A stretch of 64,000 nucleotides of DNA from Oceanispirochaeta sp. (GTDB lineage Bacteria; Spirochaetota; Spirochaetia; DSM-2461). The stretch is taken from contig CAXXOA010000001.1 in NCBI GenBank assembly GCA_963666275.2, positions 192,001-256,000 of the forward strand, written 5' to 3'. This document shows, one piece after another, positions 58,368 to 64,000 of the stretch. Position numbers and translations under genes: made by a program. Under the pieces are notes generated by a model. It saw only the letters and a list, made by a program, of their open reading frames with translations, was not told the origin of the DNA and searched no databases. Position 1 is the stretch's first letter; each line of letters starts with the position of its first letter.

Positions 58368-59612
58368 TTGTCTTATAATGCCGGGCACAAACAGTCGTCT
58401 ATTAGAAAGCACAACCGTCAGAAGGTTCTGGATATTATCCGAGCCTGTGAGGTTAGGACTGTCCCGCAGCTGTCAAAAGAGATGCATTTGAGTAAAACAA
58501 CAGTTATGAAGATTGTTGAGCATCTTCAGGCAGAGGGGGTGGTGATCAGTGCCGGGAAAGATCCGTCTGTAGAGGAGCGGGGAAAGCCGCCTGAGTTGTA
58601 CAGGTTTAACAGTTCCTGTGGTTATGTCATAAGCATTACGATTTTCGGCACCTTTATTCTAGCGGGGTTGTATGATGCGGGAGGTCGTATTTTCTATAAG
58701 GAAAAAATCACTTTTCCACCTAATGAGTCTCTGGATACTGTTGTCGAGCTGATTGCCGGTTTTATCGACACCTGGCAGGATCCTCAGGATTCGCACAACC
58801 CTAAACTGGAGACTCTGCTTGGTATTGTGCTGGCTTCAACGGGGGTTACTGATTGTGAAAACGGGGTATGTTTTACTGCCTCTCTTTTTAACTCATGGCC
58901 GACAAATGCCCCCATTAAGAAAATGATCTCTGACAGGGTGAATCTGAAAGGGACCTTTTATATAGATAATTACAACAGGTATTTTGCTTTTGCGGAGAAA
59001 CATTTTGGCGGGTTTGAAGAGTATGAGAATCTTGTGGATATTGTAGCCAATGATGACGGGCTGGGGAGCGGTGTTATCGTGGGGGGTGAAATTCTCAGGG
59101 GGGATATGTATCTTGCCGGAGAGATCGGGCATATGGTTCTTGATCCTTATTTCGATAGGGTCTGCGGCTGCGGCGGCAGGGGGTGCTTTCATCAGTTGAT
59201 CAATACCCGGCGGGTTTTAGATTGTGTTATAGAGTACAAGGATTTTTATCCGGATTCTCTTTTGTTTTCTTCCGTTTCAGGAGATTTGTCGATAGAGAAG
59301 GTTTTTAGTTGTGCTGATAGAGGAGATCTCCTTTCCAGGAAGGCTTTGGGTGAGGTCTTGAAGTGGTTCTCTCTGGGAATTCAGAACATAAGTCTTATGT
59401 TCAACCCCGGCGTCATTGTTATTTCAGGAATCTACAGGAATGCGGGAGACTATTTTCTTGAGGAACTTCGCCGGCAGGTGGAGCAGGTAAGTCTGGCACG
59501 AATGAAGAAAGACGTGAATATCCACTACTCCCTATTGGATGAAGAGGCTCCTTTGAGAGGAGCGGCCTGTTATGTTATTGAAGACTATTTTTCCCGTAAG
59601 CGGGATTATTAA
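58368..59612 (+). CDS. ROK-family transcriptional regulator
   Basis: RGKPP, GEIGHM...CGCGGRGCF; paralogue of the gene at 51272; TTG start. Confidence 0.93.
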   Translation: MSYNAGHKQSSIRKHNRQKVLDIIRACEVRTVPQLSKEMHLSKTTVMKIVEHLQAEGVVISAGKDPSVEERGKPPELYRFNSSCGYVISITIFGTFILAGLYDAGGRIFYKEKITFPPNESLDTVVELIAGFIDTWQDPQDSHNPKLETLLGIVLASTGVTDCENGVCFTASLFNSWPTNAPIKKMISDRVNLKGTFYIDNYNRYFAFAEKHFGGFEEYENLVDIVANDDGLGSGVIVGGEILRGDMYLAGEIGHMVLDPYFDRVCGCGGRGCFHQLINTRRVLDCVIEYKDFYPDSLLFSSVSGDLSIEKVFSCADRGDLLSRKALGEVLKWFSLGIQNISLMFNPGVIVISGIYRNAGDYFLEELRRQVEQVSLARMKKDVNIHYSLLDEEAPLRGAACYVIEDYFSRKRDY

Positions 59613-59686
59613 TAAGCCGGAAATGTGTTTTTTCATGTGAAAAATTTTAAACACAGGAATCTGATTTTCATATAAAGGAGAAAGTT

Positions 59687-59971
59687 ATGTATAAATTTCT
59701 GATTACAATTACGCTTCAGCCGGGAAGTCTGGGGAAGATTCTGGAGAAAGTCCCGCTGGTGCAGGAGAAAACCAGGGCGGAAGAGGGGTGTATTTCTTAT
59801 GATTTTTTTACCTGTACAGATGATGCTGACAAGCTCGTTTTTATTGAATGCTTTAAGAGCAGGGAAGCTCATGAATGGCATGTGAAGCAGGATTATACTC
59901 AGGAATTTATTCAGTTCCATGAGCAGTTTCATGAAAGTCTGGTTTTTGAAACTGTAAATATCGAAAGTTAG
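59687..59971 (+). CDS. ABM-domain (LsrG / quinol monooxygenase-like) protein
   Basis: TRAEEGCISYDF...FIE.F..REAH..H. Confidence 0.85.
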   Translation: MYKFLITITLQPGSLGKILEKVPLVQEKTRAEEGCISYDFFTCTDDADKLVFIECFKSREAHEWHVKQDYTQEFIQFHEQFHESLVFETVNIES

Positions 59972-60266
59972 TTTATGATCTAAACAATGTTCATGTTTTA
60001 AGTTTGATTAAAGAGCTTAAAGATCTTTATATTGTCAGTTGTTTAAAATTATGTAAAACTATAATATATAATAAAATATAATTTATTGTCATTTTGAATT
60101 GCCTATTGTTTTTATCTAGTAAGAAAACTTAGTTGACATACCGAATTCAAAGTGATACAATTTTTACAATGATCAAGTAAGAAATAACCTGTAAAAAAGA
60201 ATAATGTCATCCGGTGAGGTTCGTCCGGCCGGAGTTTTTCAGGGGATAATTTAAAGAAGGAGAGGC

Positions 60267-61286
60267 ATGATGGATAAAGAGTTAAGAGTCGGGCTTATCG
60301 GTACCGGTGCTATTGGAAGGACTCATATAGAAAGGATCAACGGGAAACTGCAGGGAGCGAAAGTTGTAGCCGCTGCGGATGTTAATACCGATTTCGGAAG
60401 AAAGGTTGCCGGGGAATATAGCCTGATGTCTTTTGATTCTCCCGAAGATCTGATCACATCTCCCGATGTGGACGCCGTGGTCATCTGTACTTCCGACGAA
60501 CATCATGAGCCTTTGACAGTCTCAGCCGTAAAAGCGGGAAAATTCGTGTTTTGTGAAAAACCGCTGGCTCCTACTGCGGAAGGGGCCAGACGAGTTGTGG
60601 ATGCCGAAGTTGCCGGAGGCAGAAAGCTGGTTCAGGTAGGATTCATGAGGCGCTATGACCCGGGATATGTTCAGCTGAAAGAGATGATTGACAGCGGGAA
60701 GATCGGAGAGGCCCTGATGCTTCACTGTGCACACAGGAATCCTGAAATACCCGGTAGTCTCGGTTGGGATGATTCCATGGCTGTGGAAAACTCTATGATC
60801 CATGAGATAGATGTTCTCAGGTGGCTGCTCGGGGAAGATTATGCCACAGCGGAAGTGGTATTTTCTAAAAAATCAAAAAATGCAGGTGAAGGCTACCAGG
60901 ACCCGCAGATCATGATTCTTACAACGAAATCCGGTGTCCGGATAGATGTGGAATCATTTGTGAACTGCAGATATGCCTATGATATTCAGTGTGAAGTGGT
61001 GTGTGAAGAAGGGGTAATACGTCTTCCTGAGCCGAATAATGCCCCTGTTCGTATGAATGCTTCTATTGTGAGTCCCATTTGTGAAAGCTGGTCTCAAAGG
61101 TTTGTCGATGCCTATAACCTGGAGTTTCAAGCCTGGATCAATGCTTCAAAGGCCGGTGTTGTTGACGGTCCGACTGCCTGGGACGGTTATGTCGCTGCTA
61201 TAACAGCAACGGCAGCCTCCAAAGCCCGGGTAGTACAGAAGCGGGTAGGTATTGAAATGGACGAGACTCCGGAATTCTATAAATAA
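60267..61286 (+). CDS. iolG: Inositol 2-dehydrogenase / D-chiro-inositol dehydrogenase (Bacillus IolG type)
   Basis: GTGAIG, CEKP, VGFMRRYD, HCAHRN, HEIDV, YDIQCE, GPTAWDGY. Confidence 0.9.
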   Translation: MMDKELRVGLIGTGAIGRTHIERINGKLQGAKVVAAADVNTDFGRKVAGEYSLMSFDSPEDLITSPDVDAVVICTSDEHHEPLTVSAVKAGKFVFCEKPLAPTAEGARRVVDAEVAGGRKLVQVGFMRRYDPGYVQLKEMIDSGKIGEALMLHCAHRNPEIPGSLGWDDSMAVENSMIHEIDVLRWLLGEDYATAEVVFSKKSKNAGEGYQDPQIMILTTKSGVRIDVESFVNCRYAYDIQCEVVCEEGVIRLPEPNNAPVRMNASIVSPICESWSQRFVDAYNLEFQAWINASKAGVVDGPTAWDGYVAAITATAASKARVVQKRVGIEMDETPEFYK

Positions 61287-61315
61287 CAATTCCCAGGAAC
61301 TTTAGGAGGTTTGAA

Positions 61316-62257
61316 ATGGAATTATCTATTTGTACAGATGTTTTCGGGGAGCTTTCTTTCCCGGATATGCTGGATAAAGTTAAAAGCTACGGCGTAAATT
61401 ATGTTGAAATGACTGCAGGAGGATGGTCTTCCTGCCCTCATGTTCGAACCCGGGAACTTCTGGAAGACCAGGAAAAATTGAATGCTTTCAAGGCTGAGCT
61501 TGAAAAACGGGACATGAAAATCGCCGCACTGAACTGTTCGGGAAATCCCTTGGTCAATAATGATATGGGAGAGGCTCATAGTCAAAGCGCCTATATGACG
61601 GCTGAACTGGCGGGAAAACTGGGTGTGCAAAAAATTGTCATGATGTCCGGCCTCCCTGAAGGGGCTCCCGGCGATAAGACTCCCAACTGGATTACATCTA
61701 CTGTTTCCTGGCCGGACTACATGGTGGAAACTGTCCGTTATCAATGGGAGGATGTGGCCTTCCCCTGGTGGAATAAGTTTGTAAAACATGCCGCAGCCCA
61801 TGGGGTGGAGCAGATCGCTCTGGAAGAGTTCCCCTGCCAGCTTGTCTACAACACCGAAACTCTTTTTCGCTTGCGGGATGAAGTGGGTTCCATGATTGGA
61901 ATGAACCTGGATCCGTCCCATCTTATTGCCATGGGTGCCGACCCTATCGCCGCTGCCAGAGCAACCGGAGATGCTATTTATCATATCCACGGTAAAGATG
62001 CCCGCATTGAGCGCGGGCTCTGCGATGTGAATGGATTGATGGAATACAAGCCTGTAACAGACACCGCTGAAAGGACCTGGAACTATGTGGCTGTGGGATG
62101 CGGCCAGGATCTGCAGTGGTGGAAGGAGTTCTTTTCTGTAGTCAGAATGACTGGTTACAACGGAATTGTCTCTCTGGAAATGGAAGATCTGACTATGAGC
62201 GTGGAAGCGGGAATGGCCACTTCCGTGGATGCCTTGAAACAGACTATTAGCCAATAG
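61316..62257 (+). CDS. Sugar-phosphate isomerase/epimerase TIM barrel, copy 2
   Basis: Close paralogue of 37238-38179. Confidence 0.88.
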   Translation: MELSICTDVFGELSFPDMLDKVKSYGVNYVEMTAGGWSSCPHVRTRELLEDQEKLNAFKAELEKRDMKIAALNCSGNPLVNNDMGEAHSQSAYMTAELAGKLGVQKIVMMSGLPEGAPGDKTPNWITSTVSWPDYMVETVRYQWEDVAFPWWNKFVKHAAAHGVEQIALEEFPCQLVYNTETLFRLRDEVGSMIGMNLDPSHLIAMGADPIAAARATGDAIYHIHGKDARIERGLCDVNGLMEYKPVTDTAERTWNYVAVGCGQDLQWWKEFFSVVRMTGYNGIVSLEMEDLTMSVEAGMATSVDALKQTISQ

Positions 62258-62276
62258 AAAATCTTAGGAGGATATT

Positions 62277-63170
62277 ATGAAAATTGCATTTGATGTGGAT
62301 ACTCTTGCCAGAGCGATGAATATTACCGATATGGTTCATCAGGTAGCCGACTGGGGATATAAATATATTGAACAGTCCCCCCATCCTCAGATTAATCCGT
62401 TTTACAAACACCCCCTTTTTTTCAGAGAGGTGGAAGCGGAGTATAAAAAAGCCCTGAATAAAACGGGAGTCGAACTCTCTTCGTTTATTGTTGTTTACAG
62501 ATGGTCCGGTCCGACGGAGGTGCAGAGACAGCATGCTGTAGCCAACTGGAAGAGGATTCTGGAAATTGCCGATTCCATGGGAGTCCGGGTTATTAATACG
62601 GAACTGTCGGGAGATCCCAATCAGCAGGAAATCTGCAATGGTATGTGGTTTCGGTCGATGGAAGAACTTCTTCCTCTGTTTGAAAAGTATGATATCAGAG
62701 TGGAGATTCAGTCTCATCCCTACGATTTCTGTGAATTGAATAATGAAACATGTGATATGGTGAAATCCTTCCGTTCCGATTATGTGAAGTATGTGTATTC
62801 GGCATCGCACGGCTTTTTTTATGATGAAGGAGACGGTGACGTCAGGAAGATGCTCAAATATGCCGGAGACGATCTCTCCCATGTGCTATTGGCAGATACC
62901 TATAATCAGACAGCAAAAGCCGGTGCCGGTTTAAGGTATATTGTGAATCCTCCCGGTGTAGATGCCACTATCCATCAGCACACACCCATGGGGTATGGCG
63001 ATGTGGACTTCGATGGGATTTTTGAAACTCTCAGAGGAATGGACTTCGCCAACAGAAAATTCAAAGTAGGAGGGGATTCTATTATCTGTGTTTCCTATTT
63101 CGGTTATCCAGAATTGATGGCAAAAGAAGCTCCGGCTGCCAGAGAGAGGATTGAGAAGGAACTTCTGTAG
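62277..63170 (+). CDS. iolH: IolH-like TIM-barrel protein
   Basis: PFYKHP, AVANWKR, HPYDF, FFYDEG, LRYIVNPP...HQH. Confidence 0.88.
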   Translation: MKIAFDVDTLARAMNITDMVHQVADWGYKYIEQSPHPQINPFYKHPLFFREVEAEYKKALNKTGVELSSFIVVYRWSGPTEVQRQHAVANWKRILEIADSMGVRVINTELSGDPNQQEICNGMWFRSMEELLPLFEKYDIRVEIQSHPYDFCELNNETCDMVKSFRSDYVKYVYSASHGFFYDEGDGDVRKMLKYAGDDLSHVLLADTYNQTAKAGAGLRYIVNPPGVDATIHQHTPMGYGDVDFDGIFETLRGMDFANRKFKVGGDSIICVSYFGYPELMAKEAPAARERIEKELL

Positions 63171-63229
63171 CACTTGCGTATTTATGAAATGATTTAACTC
63201 CTCTTGCCTAAATTATTTCTATCCGATTT

Positions 63230-63264
63230 CAGGTCAGGATCCATGGATTCTGACCTGTTTTTTT
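63230..63264 (+). terminator. Rho-independent terminator
   Basis: CAGGTCAGGATCC-AT-GGATTCTGACCTG followed by a run of Ts. Confidence 0.8.
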
Positions 63265-63502
63265 ATCCTCCCCTTTTTTTTCACAGGTCCTGGGTGCTAT
63301 TGCTGTATCAGTCAATAGTGTGTCATACAGGAAATATGATTGTTACGTTTAAGTAGGTTTTGATTTATTGCTCTGAGAAAATTGCCAAAAGTCTCTTATA
63401 AAATTCCTTTGAAAAGTAATATGGAAGAGTTTCAGATCTGAAGGTTCGGATCCTGACGAAAAAAGGATTGTCTTTTTCCCTTCTATCTCCGATGCTTATG
63501 CT

Positions 63503-64000
63503 ATGTTTCTTTCACGTTCGGACAAACAGAAAGGGCAGAAAAACTATCTGACCTATACCTTCATAAATGGGCTTGGTTACAGCTTTATGGCTGAAACTAT
63601 TATATATCTGATGGCGATGAATTTCGGGGCCGGGAACATGGCTCTGGGGTATATCTCCTCCGCTGTGTATCTGACCGGTGTTGTGATCTTTTTTGTTCCC
63701 CTGTTTTTTCCGGGGGTGAAAATCGTAAACCTGTTTTTTACAGCCTGGATGTTCAGAGGGGTCGTTGGCCTGTTCTATGGATTCACCCCTCTTGTGTCCC
63801 CTCACCTGGCTGTTTTCCTGATTGTACTGATCTATACTCTCTACTGTCTGCTCAGGAATGTGGCCTATCCCCTGAATCCAGTTATTCAGGGCATCATTAC
63901 AAAGCCTTCCGAGAGGGGGCATTTCGCCTCCCGGGTTATGATCTTCCTCTACAGTTCCATGACCCTTTCCCGGTTTATCAGTTTCAGTGTTCTCAGTTCC
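63503..64000 (+). CDS. MFS-like membrane protein (5' part; runs off the window)
   Basis: Manual translation MFLSRSDKQKGQKNYLTYTFINGLGYSF...IITKPSERGHFASR is open to the window end and has several TM segments. Confidence 0.75.
   Translation, partial: MFLSRSDKQKGQKNYLTYTFINGLGYSFMAETIIYLMAMNFGAGNMALGYISSAVYLTGVVIFFVPLFFPGVKIVNLFFTAWMFRGVVGLFYGFTPLVSPHLAVFLIVLIYTLYCLLRNVAYPLNPVIQGIITKPSERGHFASRVMIFLYSSMTLSRFISFSVLSS

Noticed and set aside
61322..62882. Long minus-strand ORFs 61322-62254 and 62247-62882 (also 49422-50342, 50117-51127, 34477-35385)
   Set aside because: They are antisense shadows of well-supported plus-strand genes.
1..64000. CRISPR arrays, integron attC sites, IS elements, rRNA/tRNA, riboswitches
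   Set aside because: None recognised by eye. An Infernal/Rfam, tRNAscan and ISEScan run would be needed to exclude them formally.

Overview
Carbohydrate/organic-acid catabolism region, probably from a free-living Spirochaetales bacterium (inferred only from the solute-binding protein N-termini such as 'SANGQSD', 'FANGSSEQ' and 'FAEGQKD'). No rRNA, tRNA, CRISPR array, integrase or transposase was recognised. In order: a YbiW-type glycyl-radical enzyme and activase with a DeoR regulator; a ~9.2 kb polyol/rare-sugar island bounded by a duplicated deoR 3' end; a GNAT-serine-palmitoyltransferase-like fusion; a tripartite tricarboxylate transporter with a sulfatase; a 16 kb cluster with two XRE-cupin regulators, two TRAP transporters, two SDRs, an atypical transaldolase/FSA homologue, a CoA-acylating aldehyde dehydrogenase, an ADP-forming acyl-CoA ligase, a LarA racemase and a malic enzyme; a Gfo/Idh + TIM-barrel cassette; yfcC and an M20 peptidase; and a large inositol-type locus. 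Two things stand out. First, the 16 kb cluster reads as an undescribed ATP-yielding pathway, possibly via malate semialdehyde and malyl-CoA. Second, stranded degenerate copies of neighbouring gene ends (deoR, yfcC, spt, gntR) mark the cassette borders, including a chimeric junction on a 9-bp microhomology, which points to integrase-free stacking of catabolic cassettes. Family assignments come from recognised motifs and recalled homologues, not from database searches.
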